44,505 nucleotides of DNA from Parcubacteria group bacterium Gr01-1014_3 (GTDB taxonomy: Bacteria; Patescibacteriota; Minisyncoccia; UBA6257; WO2-44-18), in assembly GCA_007376445.1 (NCBI GenBank), contig VMGF01000003.1, forward strand, positions 97,024 through 141,528, given 5' to 3'. Below the pieces are notes generated by a model. The model ran no database searches, was not told where the DNA came from, and worked only from the letters and a program-made list of their open reading frames with translations. Position 1 is the stretch's first letter. The number at the start of each line of letters is the position of its first letter. The position numbers and the translations under genes were made by a program. Shown here in pieces: positions 8,291-16,715 of this stretch.

Positions 8291-9340
8291 TTAGATCTTA
8301 ATATCGCGCGGGCGGAGCGGATTATCCAGAATATGCTTGTATTTCTCTAAGTTCTCGATCGCCACACCGGTACCACGGGCCACGCAAGTTAACGGATCAT
8401 CGACGACCGTAGTGTTGACTCCCAGTTCCCGGGCCAGCAAGACATCCATGCCCTTCAAAAGACTTCCGCCACCGCAAAGATAAATACCACGGCGCAAAAT
8501 ATCACCCGCCAGCTCCGGAGGCGACAGCTCTACGACTTCTTTGATAGTTTCTACTATGGATTTCAAAGATTTAACGATCGCGGCGCGGACATGGGTGTCT
8601 TTAACCACCGCTTCTTTCGGCAATCCGGTAGCAAGATCGCGGCCGCGGATCATGAGCTCCATTTTCTGGTCCATCGGAATAGCCGAGCCGATCGAGATCT
8701 TTAATTCTTCGGCAGTCGGTTCGCCGATAGCCAGACGAAATTCATCACGAATAAACCTAATAATATCGTCATTTAATTTATCTCCGGCGATCTTCAGGCT
8801 TTTCGCGGTAACGGTGCCGCCCATGGAAATAACGGCGATCTCCGTGGTGCCGCCGCCGATATCCACGATCATGTTCGCGGTCGGCTCATCGATTGGCAGG
8901 CGCGCGCCTAAAGCGGCGGCGAGAGGCTCTTCGATCACGTAAGCCTTTGAAACTCCGGCCCCGATCACCGCGTCCTCCACGGATTTTCTTTCTACTTCGG
9001 TAAGATTGCTCGGTACGCCGATAACCGCGTGCTTGAAATTATAAAAAACTTTCGAACCGACAACTTTTTTCAAAAGATGACGCAACAACTCCTGGGTCAT
9101 ATCGAAATCCGAAATGACGCCACCAACCAACGGACGCACTACGTTGATATGAGCCGGTGTCCGGCCGATCATTTTCTTGGCCTCTTCTCCGATCGCCAGC
9201 ACATGGCCGGTCTTATTATTCACCGCCGCCACCGAAGGCTCATTGGCGATGATGCCGCGACCGGCAAGGTAAATCAGCGTGTTCGCGGTGCCGAGGTCAA
9301 TTCCGATATTTTTAGAAAAAAATGCGATTGGTGACTTCAT
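8291..9340 (-). CDS. mreB: rod shape-determining protein MreB (copy 1, in the mreBCD-PBP2 operon)
   Basis: IGIDLGTANT and DIGGGTTEIAV actin-fold phosphate motifs. The ORF-track start at 9466 adds 42 residues that run through a repeat; ATG 9340 (MKSPIAFFSKNIGIDLG) fits MreB. Confidence 0.9.
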   Translation of the reverse strand: MKSPIAFFSKNIGIDLGTANTLIYLAGRGIIANEPSVAAVNNKTGHVLAIGEEAKKMIGRTPAHINVVRPLVGGVISDFDMTQELLRHLLKKVVGSKVFYNFKHAVIGVPSNLTEVERKSVEDAVIGAGVSKAYVIEEPLAAALGARLPIDEPTANMIVDIGGGTTEIAVISMGGTVTAKSLKIAGDKLNDDIIRFIRDEFRLAIGEPTAEELKISIGSAIPMDQKMELMIRGRDLATGLPKEAVVKDTHVRAAIVKSLKSIVETIKEVVELSPPELAGDILRRGIYLCGGGSLLKGMDVLLARELGVNTTVVDDPLTCVARGTGVAIENLEKYKHILDNPLRPRDIKI

Positions 9341-9440
9341 TGCGTAAAAGACTTTAGCTATATTGTTAGCTATATTGTATACGAATAAAAAACCGCTTGC
9401 AAATCTAAATCTACGAATATCGAATTTATGCGAATAAACT

Positions 9441-9500
9441 AATAAACGAATCGCGAATTGATTCATTCGCTTATTCGTATATTCGTTCAGATTAGTTATT
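9441..9500. repeat. CGAATA-rich intergenic repeat (family 2), copy 1; contains the proS terminator-like hairpin
   Basis: About 60 bp, near-identical by eye to 14618..14680. Minus strand reads ACGAATAAGCGAAT-loop-ATTCGCGATTCGT followed by a T-rich tract. It overlaps the proS stop codon. Confidence 0.7.
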
Positions 9501-10730
9501 AGTTAATTTTTGAAGTTCTTGCAAACCTACCAACTTTGCCTCTTTAGAATCCCGTTTTTTAAGTTCGATCTTCGCTCCAGATTTTTCACTGATCACGGCG
9601 CGCCACGGAATGCCAAGCAAGTCGGCATCCGCGAACTTTTCTCCAGCGGAAACGTCCCGATCATCAAACAATACTTCGATTCCGGAATCTTTTAAGTCTT
9701 TGTAGATCTTTTTGGCGTTCAACTTCAGCGCGCCATTTTTACTTTTCAATTCCAGCAGATGGATCTGATATGGGGCAACTGACTCCGGCCAAATAATTCC
9801 TTTTTCATCATTATGCACTTCCACCAGCGTGGCCATAATGCGGGTTGGACCGATACCATAGGAGCCCATGATCACCGGCTGACGATTGCCGTCTTTGTCG
9901 GTGTAGGTCAGGTTGAAAGCTTCGGAATAACGCGTGCCAAGCTTGAAAACATTCGCCACCTCGATCGCCGGAGAAGATCCGATCTCACCGCCACACAGAG
10001 GGCAGATATTCCCCTTCTGAACGTGCGCGATCTCTTTATTTTGGGCGAAATCACACTGCTTGCAATAAAAAACCACGTCTTCACCCGCTGGGGCGAGCAC
10101 CTGGAATTCATGCGTGTACTCTTTGGTGAAAGCTCCGCCACTCGCTTCCGTCACCAGCGCCTTTAAACCAACTCGTTTTAAAATTTTCTGATACGCCTTA
10201 ATAACCTGCTGATAAAAATCATCCAGGCTTTCTTTTGAAGAGTGGAAACTATACAGATCCTTCATCATAAACTCCCGGCCACGGAGCAGGCCGTTTTTGG
10301 CGCGGGGTTCGGCCCGATACTTGGTCTGGATCTGATAAACCGAAAGCGGCAGGTCTTTGTAAGAATTTATAAAATGCGTGGCGATAGCCGTCACGACTTC
10401 TTCGTGGGTCCAGCCCAAGGCGAACTCTTCGCCAAATGGCGATTTGAATTCGTAAGCGACATCAGTATGCCAACGCTTGGATTTCTCCCAGTATTCTTTA
10501 GCGACGAGGGCCTGCATGAGCATTTCCTGCCCGCCGATCGCGTTCATCTCTTCCCGGATGATCCGGTTAATCTTGTCTAAGACCCGCAAACCCAACGGAA
10601 GCTGAGCGTAAACACCGGCGGACATCTTACGGATAAAACCGCCACGAATGAGCATTTTCGCGTTTATCGCCTCTTCATCCTTCGGAAAGGACTTAAGAGT
10701 TTTAGTAAATAATCTAGATTGCAACATCAT
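9492..10730 (-). CDS. proS: proline--tRNA ligase, bacterial type lacking the INS editing domain
   Basis: N-terminus MMLQSRLFTKTLK...AINAKMLIRGGFIRK, motif 2 RGREFMMKDLYSFH, C-terminal SYGIGPTRIM. Only 412 aa. CKQC...CPLC sits where INS normally lies. Confidence 0.88.
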   Translation of the reverse strand: MMLQSRLFTKTLKSFPKDEEAINAKMLIRGGFIRKMSAGVYAQLPLGLRVLDKINRIIREEMNAIGGQEMLMQALVAKEYWEKSKRWHTDVAYEFKSPFGEEFALGWTHEEVVTAIATHFINSYKDLPLSVYQIQTKYRAEPRAKNGLLRGREFMMKDLYSFHSSKESLDDFYQQVIKAYQKILKRVGLKALVTEASGGAFTKEYTHEFQVLAPAGEDVVFYCKQCDFAQNKEIAHVQKGNICPLCGGEIGSSPAIEVANVFKLGTRYSEAFNLTYTDKDGNRQPVIMGSYGIGPTRIMATLVEVHNDEKGIIWPESVAPYQIHLLELKSKNGALKLNAKKIYKDLKDSGIEVLFDDRDVSAGEKFADADLLGIPWRAVISEKSGAKIELKKRDSKEAKLVGLQELQKLTNN

Positions 10731-10749
10731 AGTAAATTTAGCAATTTTT

Positions 10750-10777
10750 AAATAAAAACTCCAGGATTAACCTGGAG
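10750..10777 (-). terminator. rho-independent terminator of the 10778..12778 gene
   Basis: CTCCAGG (10759-10765) / CCTGGAG (10771-10777) starts right after the stop codon. On the minus strand it is followed by TTTTTATTT. Confidence 0.7.
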
Positions 10778-12778
10778 TTATTTCTTCTCAGTCAACGCAT
10801 GCAAACGAACTCTGTAAACAAATTCTTCCTGCTTTTTCTGCCAAAACTCATCTGTCTTTTTCGAGAAACACTGCTCCTCGGCTTCCTTGCCAAGTCCGGC
10901 GAGATGAAAGACTCGGCGAGCCGGCAAATCCAAGCTGTACTCAAAAAGATGGTGAGCCAACGAGCGGAGGCCGATCCGAAAATTTAAGGATTCATATAAC
11001 TGGATGATTCCATCCAGCTCCACGAAAGCGGCGGCGCGCAGGCTACAGAGAGCCTTTACCCGGATCGCGTCTTTGAATTTGCCCAAGATTAATTTTCCGT
11101 TTAGCCCAAAAGGAAGTTTGGTACTAGCCCAGGTGCGTTCGGTTTGCGCGTAATCACTTTGAAACCTGGTCTCGAGATCATTCGCCTCGGCCCGGATCTT
11201 CGCCAAAATATACATCACCACCTTATCCGACAGCTCACGAATTCTCACGGGATCATTAACGTGTTCCGCTAATTCTATAGAATCCGCGAATGGCACAAGC
11301 CGATCTCCGAAATCATTTAAGAGCCAGACATAATCTCCGATCTCGTCGTAATAAACTCCGCTGGCGCTGATCTGTTTTTCAGCGATCCGTTTGTCCAGTT
11401 TTTCTAGAAGAAAAGAAGACTTCCGCGGGTCTAATCCGGTCAGGCTATAAGCGAAGATCAGATCGCGGGTGCGTACATTCTTATCTTCTCCGGCGTTGAT
11501 CAGCTGCTGCTTCCGCTGATCCGCTATCCTCAGCTTGTCTACGCGTTTAGCTAAATCTTCATCGTGGTTCTGGGCAAGCTGAGCGTCCGCTTTTTCCACA
11601 AAATCCTGAACTCGCCGATAAGATTCGATCGCGGCGTGATAATAGTCTCCCGGATCATAAATACCCTTCCGGATGGTTCTGCTCTTATACCAATCCCAGG
11701 CGTTATTCGCGTACCTCTTCCAAAATTCCGGATCACTCTCGGTCACGGCAATGGAAATCATATACTCAATATCTTCAATCTGGCCAAAGTCTTCCAGGAG
11801 AGCGTCGCGATATGCTTCCGCTAATTCTTTGGGGAACTTCATGTTCAATAAACGGAAATCGGTGATCACATTCGGGATCGGCTTATCAGCGCGGCGGATA
11901 TGCTCGGAAAGCGACTCTTCAATAACCTCTTTAGAAAATTGAACTCCGCTCGCCTTGGAAGCCGCCATAAAACCAAACTCATACTTCTCGTCCATTGAAA
12001 GATAAGAGCTGGCGAGAGTCTTAATAACCGAAGGCCGGATCACTGCTCCACGGCGGGCTAATGTACCGTACATTTTCGCGTAATTCTCAAAAAGGTTCGA
12101 CTTACCGCTCATTGGGTTGGCTGGATCGACTTCTCCACGGTCAAAGCGCTTATCCAAATTTTCAAGCAAATAATTAACTGACGAACCGGCTTTTAATTCG
12201 CAAAGAAATTCGAAATATAACCGGCGCGGATCGCTTACTGTCGACATGCCGCCTTGTGATCCGTGTAATGATTTCCAATCTTCGGCGGACATCGTTCCAG
12301 GCACGGCTTCATCGAGATAATACAGGGACTCAACCCAATTCGTGTTCATATAGCCAACGCGAAGCTGGGCGATTGATTCGGCATCAATGATCCCTGTACC
12401 GAGCAGATATTTGATCAGGTTCAGGAAATAGGCATTGAGATTAGTGAAGGCATTTGGATTATCCGTAACACCATATCGCAGAATACAATGCATGATCGAA
12501 TAGAACTTCTCCCGATCCACTTCTTTATTCGGTTCTATACAAAAGCCCCGATGATCCACGATATTCATCGCGTATTTCCGAATAATTCCTTCAGGAATTA
12601 TCAGTTTCGGGGAATTGTTTTCCCAGCTGCCGGAACCCGGTGTGGATTCATAAAATTTCGGAATAGTAATCACGATCGTCTCATGCTTAACGGCATCAGG
12701 CTTGATCGGCTTTTTCGGTTCATCTTGTCGTAAGTAAAGTAATGGAACGACGCTGGTGATGAAGAGAAATATTCTCAA
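10778..12778 (-). CDS. hypothetical protein, 666 aa, short hydrophobic N-terminus, largely helical; orphan
   Basis: Long uninterrupted ORF with a TTG start, GAGGTG 4 nt upstream (12783-12788), a 5' hairpin and its own terminator. No family recognised. Confidence 0.65.
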   Translation of the reverse strand: MRIFLFITSVVPLLYLRQDEPKKPIKPDAVKHETIVITIPKFYESTPGSGSWENNSPKLIIPEGIIRKYAMNIVDHRGFCIEPNKEVDREKFYSIMHCILRYGVTDNPNAFTNLNAYFLNLIKYLLGTGIIDAESIAQLRVGYMNTNWVESLYYLDEAVPGTMSAEDWKSLHGSQGGMSTVSDPRRLYFEFLCELKAGSSVNYLLENLDKRFDRGEVDPANPMSGKSNLFENYAKMYGTLARRGAVIRPSVIKTLASSYLSMDEKYEFGFMAASKASGVQFSKEVIEESLSEHIRRADKPIPNVITDFRLLNMKFPKELAEAYRDALLEDFGQIEDIEYMISIAVTESDPEFWKRYANNAWDWYKSRTIRKGIYDPGDYYHAAIESYRRVQDFVEKADAQLAQNHDEDLAKRVDKLRIADQRKQQLINAGEDKNVRTRDLIFAYSLTGLDPRKSSFLLEKLDKRIAEKQISASGVYYDEIGDYVWLLNDFGDRLVPFADSIELAEHVNDPVRIRELSDKVVMYILAKIRAEANDLETRFQSDYAQTERTWASTKLPFGLNGKLILGKFKDAIRVKALCSLRAAAFVELDGIIQLYESLNFRIGLRSLAHHLFEYSLDLPARRVFHLAGLGKEAEEQCFSKKTDEFWQKKQEEFVYRVRLHALTEKK

Positions 12779-12833
12779 TGGTCACCTCTTTCTATTTGTT
12801 AAGGAACGAATTTACTTTATACCCTTAAATGGC

Positions 12834-13886
12834 CTAAAACAAGATGATGATATCACGCACGGTTACCGCGATCATTAGGAGCAAGAGGAATCCAAAACCA
12901 ATAGCATTAACAAACGCTTCCCGCTCCGGCGCGATCGGCGATCCCTTAATTTTTTCGATCAATAAGAAGAACAGCCTTCCGCCATCCAAAGCCGGAAATG
13001 GGAGCACGTTCAATACGGCGAGGTTAAGTGAAATCAGCGCCAGAAGTTGAACCAAGTAAAGCAATCCTAGGCTTCCCGCCTGATTGGCGATACCAAAAAT
13101 TCCTACCGGCCCCACAAAACCGTCCAGCACCTTGCCTTCGGTAAACAAAGTTAAAAGTAATCCATAGAGGCTTTGAAAGATCATTCCAATGGTGGCGATG
13201 GCCTGTTGAAAGCCTTCGCTCAAACTACCGAAAAAGGATTGACGATCCACGCCGGTGTCGCTCAACACCACGCCAAGCGGACCTTGCCCGTCTGGAGTTT
13301 TCACCCTTGGCACTACGGCTAATTCCAATTCTTCCTCACCACGTAAAACGGTCAACGCGACCTCCTTCCCGCGGTTTTTATCTATAAAACTAATAAAATC
13401 TGGTGAAGCCAAATAATCTTTTAAAATATCGCCGGATTGAATTCCAGCGCCCGCCGCAGGCGAACCATCGATAACATTCGACACCAACACTGCCTTCGGA
13501 ACACCGATCATAAAAATAAACGAGATCAACAGCCAGCCCAAAAGAAAATTCATTATTACTCCGGCCGCCACGATAGCTACTCTGCGCGAAATAGACTGCG
13601 CCGCGAAAGAGCGCGGATCGCGCGCGGCATCCCCTTCTTTTCTTTCCAGTAAATGCTCTCGTCCGAGAAGCTCGCCATGCTCTCCATAGATACGAACGAA
13701 ACCGCCGAACGGCAGCCAGTTCAAACTATATTTTGTTTCTCCGATTGTTTTAGACCAAAGACGAGGCGGAAAACCGAATCCGAACTCTTCAACCTTAAGT
13801 CCGAAAAGTTTGGCGACCAAAAAATGCCCGAGCTCATGGGCCAAAATCAAAACCGAGATACCAACTAAAATAAATATAATGGACAT
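12834..13886 (-). CDS. rseP: RIP metalloprotease RseP (site-2 protease, M50)
   Basis: HELGHF (HExxH) in TM1, a central PDZ-like segment, and NLAVLNVLPFPALDGG (LDG motif). Confidence 0.9.
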   Translation of the reverse strand: MSIIFILVGISVLILAHELGHFLVAKLFGLKVEEFGFGFPPRLWSKTIGETKYSLNWLPFGGFVRIYGEHGELLGREHLLERKEGDAARDPRSFAAQSISRRVAIVAAGVIMNFLLGWLLISFIFMIGVPKAVLVSNVIDGSPAAGAGIQSGDILKDYLASPDFISFIDKNRGKEVALTVLRGEEELELAVVPRVKTPDGQGPLGVVLSDTGVDRQSFFGSLSEGFQQAIATIGMIFQSLYGLLLTLFTEGKVLDGFVGPVGIFGIANQAGSLGLLYLVQLLALISLNLAVLNVLPFPALDGGRLFFLLIEKIKGSPIAPEREAFVNAIGFGFLLLLMIAVTVRDIIILF

Positions 13887-13893
13887 TGACTTA

Positions 13894-14000
13894 AATTTTA
13901 AATGCTAAATTTTTAATTTTAATTTAATGACCAAATGTTAAATTTCAAAAATTAAATCATTGAAAATTAATTTAAAATTTATAATTAAAAATTTAAAATT
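13894..14000. repeat. AT-rich palindromic intergenic repeat, full-length copy D (107 bp)
   Basis: Same length and nearly the same sequence as copy A. The left arm ends 8 nt from the rseP ATG. Confidence 0.85.
13895..13900 (-). promoter_or_regulatory. candidate -10 box TAAAAT, 8 nt upstream of the rseP ATG
   Basis: Minus strand reads gcattTAAAATttaagtcaATG. No SD. Confidence 0.35.
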
Positions 14001-14024
14001 ATTAGGATTTGGGTTATTTAGCGA

Positions 14025-14576
14025 TTACTCCGCTATTTCCTTTATTTTAGCATTCAAAAGCGATTCCATCTCCTCGTTGGTTTTATCCACGGCGTTTTGA
14101 ATTTTTTTGCGGCCGTTGAACTTTTGGTCCTCCGTAATCAACTTGGTTTTAAAAGACACTTCAATCTTTTTATTAGCGTCATCGCGCGAATTACGGACGC
14201 GGATCTTGACCTGCTCGGTCAGGGATTTAACCAATTTCTCCAGATCCCGTCGCCGGTCATCGGTCAATTGCGGCAAAGTAATGCGGACTAAGCTGCCGTC
14301 CGCGGAAGCGCTCACGCCCAATCCGGAAGTCTCAATAGCTTTCGCGATCGGACCGGCGGCGTCTTTATCCCAACAACTCACATTGATCTCACGCGGCGGA
14401 AGTATGCTAATCGAGCCCAATTGTTTAATGGTGAATTGCTGCTCCATATAATCCACCTTAACGTTCTCGATCAGCTTGGCGCTCGGGCGGTTAGTGCGGA
14501 TATTGGAAAGTTCTTGTTTTAATCCATCCGATAAAGCGCGGAGAGATGTTTCTAGGTCTTTTATGATTTGATCCAT
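14025..14576 (-). CDS. frr: ribosome recycling factor
   Basis: MDQIIKDLETSL...RTNRPSAKLIENVKVDYMEQ...LTDDRRRDLEKLVK is typical RRF. The ORF-track start at 14618 runs into the family-2 repeat; ATG 14576 gives a normal-length protein of 183 aa. Confidence 0.9.
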   Translation of the reverse strand: MDQIIKDLETSLRALSDGLKQELSNIRTNRPSAKLIENVKVDYMEQQFTIKQLGSISILPPREINVSCWDKDAAGPIAKAIETSGLGVSASADGSLVRITLPQLTDDRRRDLEKLVKSLTEQVKIRVRNSRDDANKKIEVSFKTKLITEDQKFNGRKKIQNAVDKTNEEMESLLNAKIKEIAE

Positions 14577-14617
14577 GAATATAAATCTACAAATAACGAA
14601 TTCATACGAATATACCA

Positions 14618-14680
14618 ATAAACGAATTACGAATTAATTCATTCGCTTATTCGTATATTCGTTCAGATTAGTTATTCGTT
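14618..14680. repeat. CGAATA-rich intergenic repeat (family 2), copy 2
   Basis: Shares AATAAC-TAA-TCTGAACGAATATACGAATAAGCGAATGAAT... (minus strand) with copy 1, including what looks like the last codons and stop of proS. Confidence 0.7.
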
Positions 14681-14682
14681 AA

Positions 14683-14766
14683 TTACGGCTTACAAACTAT
14701 CGGAAGGAAGTATAATAAAACCCCCGCGAAAATCAAGAATAAAATTATTGTGTACGCTTTGTCCAT
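14683..14766 (-). CDS. candidate 27-aa hydrophobic micropeptide (MDKAYTIILFLIFAGVLLYFLPIVCKP)
   Basis: Read by hand; it is below the ORF-track length cutoff. Single TM-like stretch. TATAGA (14775-14780) lies 8 nt upstream of the ATG. The family-2 terminator module follows the stop. Confidence 0.3.
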   Translation of the reverse strand: MDKAYTIILFLIFAGVLLYFLPIVCKP

Positions 14767-14856
14767 ATCATTAGTCTATAAAGTCAAAAGTTAAAAGTCC
14801 ATAAAGCATTTTTCATTTTTTGACTTTACGAACTTTCAGACTTTACAGACTTTCGA

Positions 14857-15582
14857 CTAGAGAAGAGCCGCTTCGAGTTGCAAGCGCTTATTCACATTAA
14901 ACTGATTAATCAGCGCCCAGCGATAGGTCAGCCTCCGTAAAACCTCAAAATTTTTCACCGGGTCTTTAGCGAGATCGCGCATCACGGCAAACACAAAATC
15001 GTCTATCAGCGCCTCGCCTTCTTTCTCCCGATCCGCTAGGTCCCTCAAAAAATCTTTTTTACCCTTTAGATCGGACATTAAAAAATCATCGGCGCTTACT
15101 TGCCCGCCTTTGGCGTTGGCTTTCGCTTCTGGAATCTCGCCAGAAATAAAAATCCTCTGAAATCGTGAAACTACGGCCGGTAAAATGGCGTCGGGAGATT
15201 TAAGCAGTAAGAAGATCAGTGCGTGCGCTGGAGGCTCTTCGCCTATCTTCAAAATCGCGCCTTGGGCTTGCGGGGTCAATTGATCGGCGTTATCGATGAT
15301 CAAAGTCCGACGAACCGACTTTATCGGCTTCTGCCATAAAAACTGAGTGGATTCACGCACCAGATCAATACCGCCGGCGATGTTGGCGTCTATGAATTTA
15401 TAATCAAATAATATCTGCTCCGCTTTTTCCCATTTATCATTCTCTAAAAAATTCGCTAAATAATTCACCGCGTTGACCCGTTCGCCTATTCCCGTGTGGC
15501 CATACAAAAGATACCCATGGGATAACTTTTCACTTTTAATTAAACGTTTAAAATATTTTTCTAACTCCGCAACTTTGGCCAT
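14857..15582 (-). CDS. holB: DNA polymerase III subunit delta prime
   Basis: SHGYLLYGHTGIGER (degenerate P-loop), RTLIIDNADQLTPQAQGAILKIGEEPP, LPAVVSRFQ. I prefer ATG 15582 over the ORF-track GTG 15597. Confidence 0.8.
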   Translation of the reverse strand: MAKVAELEKYFKRLIKSEKLSHGYLLYGHTGIGERVNAVNYLANFLENDKWEKAEQILFDYKFIDANIAGGIDLVRESTQFLWQKPIKSVRRTLIIDNADQLTPQAQGAILKIGEEPPAHALIFLLLKSPDAILPAVVSRFQRIFISGEIPEAKANAKGGQVSADDFLMSDLKGKKDFLRDLADREKEGEALIDDFVFAVMRDLAKDPVKNFEVLRRLTYRWALINQFNVNKRLQLEAALL

Positions 15583-15588
15583 ATCACA

Positions 15589-15594
15589 ATTATA
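15589..15594 (-). promoter_or_regulatory. consensus -10 box TATAAT, 6 nt upstream of the holB ATG (leaderless configuration)
   Basis: Minus strand reads gtgTATAATtgtgatATGgcc. Confidence 0.45.
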
Positions 15595-15601
15595 CACGAA
15601 A

Positions 15602-15635
15602 CCCCTCCCTTATCGCTTCGCGCAAAAGGGAGGGG
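15602..15635. terminator. 10-bp GC-rich hairpin (CCCCTCCCTT / AAGGGAGGGG) between element c3 and holB
   Basis: Perfect 10-bp stem with T-rich sequence on either side. On the minus strand it would insulate holB from the upstream island. Confidence 0.5.
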
Positions 15636-15641
15636 TTATTG

Positions 15642-15809
15642 TTTTCTCGCAAAAATTTCGGTCGAGAGCAACTCCTTCTTCGGAACGTCTCGGAGGCGGT
15701 TTGGCTTGGTTCAGCAAACCGCCGAGAGAGAAGAAAATCCGGCCGCTGGAGCCGGATTATTCTGGTTCCGAAAAGGAGTTGGTGGAGGGTACCGAAATTT
15801 TTGAGAAAG
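15642..15809 (+). ncRNA. conserved structured element, copy c3 (core 15682..15769 plus two nested closing helices)
   Basis: The core aligns with c1/c2. Both internal hairpins carry paired substitutions (GGCGGTTT/AAACCGCC; ATCCGGC/GCCGGAT). Outer helix TTTCTCGCAAAAATTTCGGT pairs with ACCGAAATTTTTGAGAAAG. Confidence 0.5.
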
Positions 15810-16034
15810 CCAATAAAAAAGGCCCCGCTCAGAGGGGAGGTATCGTTCTGGAAACTCCAGACGACCCTCTTTCCCTCCAAGCGGGGCACCGTAGACCCAG
15901 CTGTCATCCAATCTAGCCATGCCGCCAGGCACGCTTCGCCAGCTAGACCGCTGTCGCCTTCGGCCGCGCAGGCTCTTACCGCAACCGGATGGGCGGCAGA
16001 ATCGAACGGACATCATCTTCGGACCGGGCGTTTT

Positions 16035-16187
16035 CTACTGCTCGCCGTGGTCTTCGGACTTGGCCGTCAGCTCCGGCGGCACATCCACCGGCTTCGGATC
16101 CTTGCACCGATCCTGCCGACGGACCGCATCTTCGTTGTCGTTGTCCTCGGACGTACGCTCGTTTGCGAACATCTCGTATTCCTCCAT
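16035..16187 (-). CDS. candidate 50-aa acidic small protein (MEEYEMFANERTSEDNDNEDAVRRQDRCKDPKPVDVPPELTAKSEDHGEQ)
   Basis: Hand-translated. AAGGTGA lies about 12 nt upstream, which is distant. It sits in the GC-rich island downstream of the first small ORF. Confidence 0.3.
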   Translation of the reverse strand: MEEYEMFANERTSEDNDNEDAVRRQDRCKDPKPVDVPPELTAKSEDHGEQ

Positions 16188-16270
16188 TTTCAAAAGAACT
16201 CACCTTGCACTCAGGCCACTACCACCCTTCGACAAGCTCAGGGTAAACAAGTAATGGGCTGAGAAAAGGT

Positions 16271-16293
16271 GGGGATGGCGACAGGCCATCCCC
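16271..16293 (-). terminator. 9-bp GC hairpin (GGGGATGGC / GCCATCCCC) after small ORF 1
   Basis: Perfect stem with a 5-nt loop. On the minus strand it is followed by ACCTTTTCTC. Confidence 0.45.
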
Positions 16294-16347
16294 GACTCCC
16301 ATGGTATGTCCAACTCTCTCGCAAGAGTGAGGCCATGGAAGAACTAG

Positions 16348-16482
16348 CTACAGCCGGATCTCGGCTTCGATGCGGCCGTTGCGCCGCTTGACCGTCTCCT
16401 TGACGACGGCCACCTTGAGCCGGCGAGCCAGATTGATCAGCGCCAGCGTCGACACCCTGAAAGCCTGCTTTCTGTCCTTCAT
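16348..16482 (-). CDS. candidate 44-aa basic small protein (MKDRKQAFRVSTLALINLARRLKVAVVKETVKRRNGRIEAEIRL)
   Basis: Hand-translated. AAGGAGGG lies 4 nt upstream of the ATG, a near-consensus promoter is just upstream, and a hairpin terminator is downstream. Confidence 0.55.
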   Translation of the reverse strand: MKDRKQAFRVSTLALINLARRLKVAVVKETVKRRNGRIEAEIRL

Positions 16483-16508
16483 TTGTCCCTCCTTAAGGAT
16501 CTGTCGGT

Positions 16509-16536
16509 ATTATAGCATACCCACAGAATCTGTCAA
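16509..16536 (-). promoter_or_regulatory. near-consensus sigma70 promoter (TTGACA - 16 nt - TGcTATAAT)
   Basis: Minus strand reads cTTGACAgattctgtgggtaTGcTATAATaccgacagatccttAAGGAGGGacaaATG. Confidence 0.65.
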
Positions 16537-16582
16537 GCCCTCCTTCCCTTCCAGCCACCCCCCCTCAAATAAGCCTATTTAT

Positions 16583-16715
16583 GGGGGTTTCGGGAATCAC
16601 TTTTCGGAACGTCTCGGAGGCAGTTTTGCTTGGTTTAAAAACTGCCGAGAGAGAAGAAAACCGGCCCGCTGGAGGCCGGTTATTCTGGTTCTGAAAAGTG
16701 ATTCCCGAAACCCCC
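16583..16715 (+). ncRNA. conserved structured element, copy c2 (28-bp closing helix, core 16606..16692)
   Basis: GGGGGTTTCGGGAATCACTTTTCGGAAC pairs with GTTCTGAAAAGTGATTCCCGAAACCCCC, with one G-T pair on the plus strand. It ends 7 nt from the stop codon of the second mreB. Confidence 0.5.

Noticed and set aside
9341-9466. N-terminal extensions of mreB (42 aa) and frr (14 aa, 14577..14618) given by the ORF track.
   Set aside because: The extensions read through the family-2 intergenic repeat. The internal ATGs give proteins beginning at the conserved N-termini.
15813-15880. An imperfect long hairpin (GGAGGG..GAGG..CGT..TGG / CCA..ACG..CCTC.CCCTC) plus a CCCC/GGGG stem and T-run, considered as a riboswitch or a defined terminator.
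   Set aside because: No riboswitch consensus that I know could be matched. The pairing is interrupted and the T-run is offset. I keep it only as part of the island description.
15996-16012. A GTTCGATTC (T-loop-like) string on the minus strand of the island, as a possible tRNA or tmRNA 3' end.
   Set aside because: The flanking bases do not form a T-stem (GTCCG vs CTGCC). No acceptor or anticodon arms could be drawn.
15639-16262. Long ORFs on both strands inside the GC-rich island (e.g. 207 aa on plus; others at 15590-16254).
   Set aside because: They are Arg/Pro/Ser-rich products typical of random frames in GC-rich DNA. They run through the structured elements and hairpins and have no start signals.
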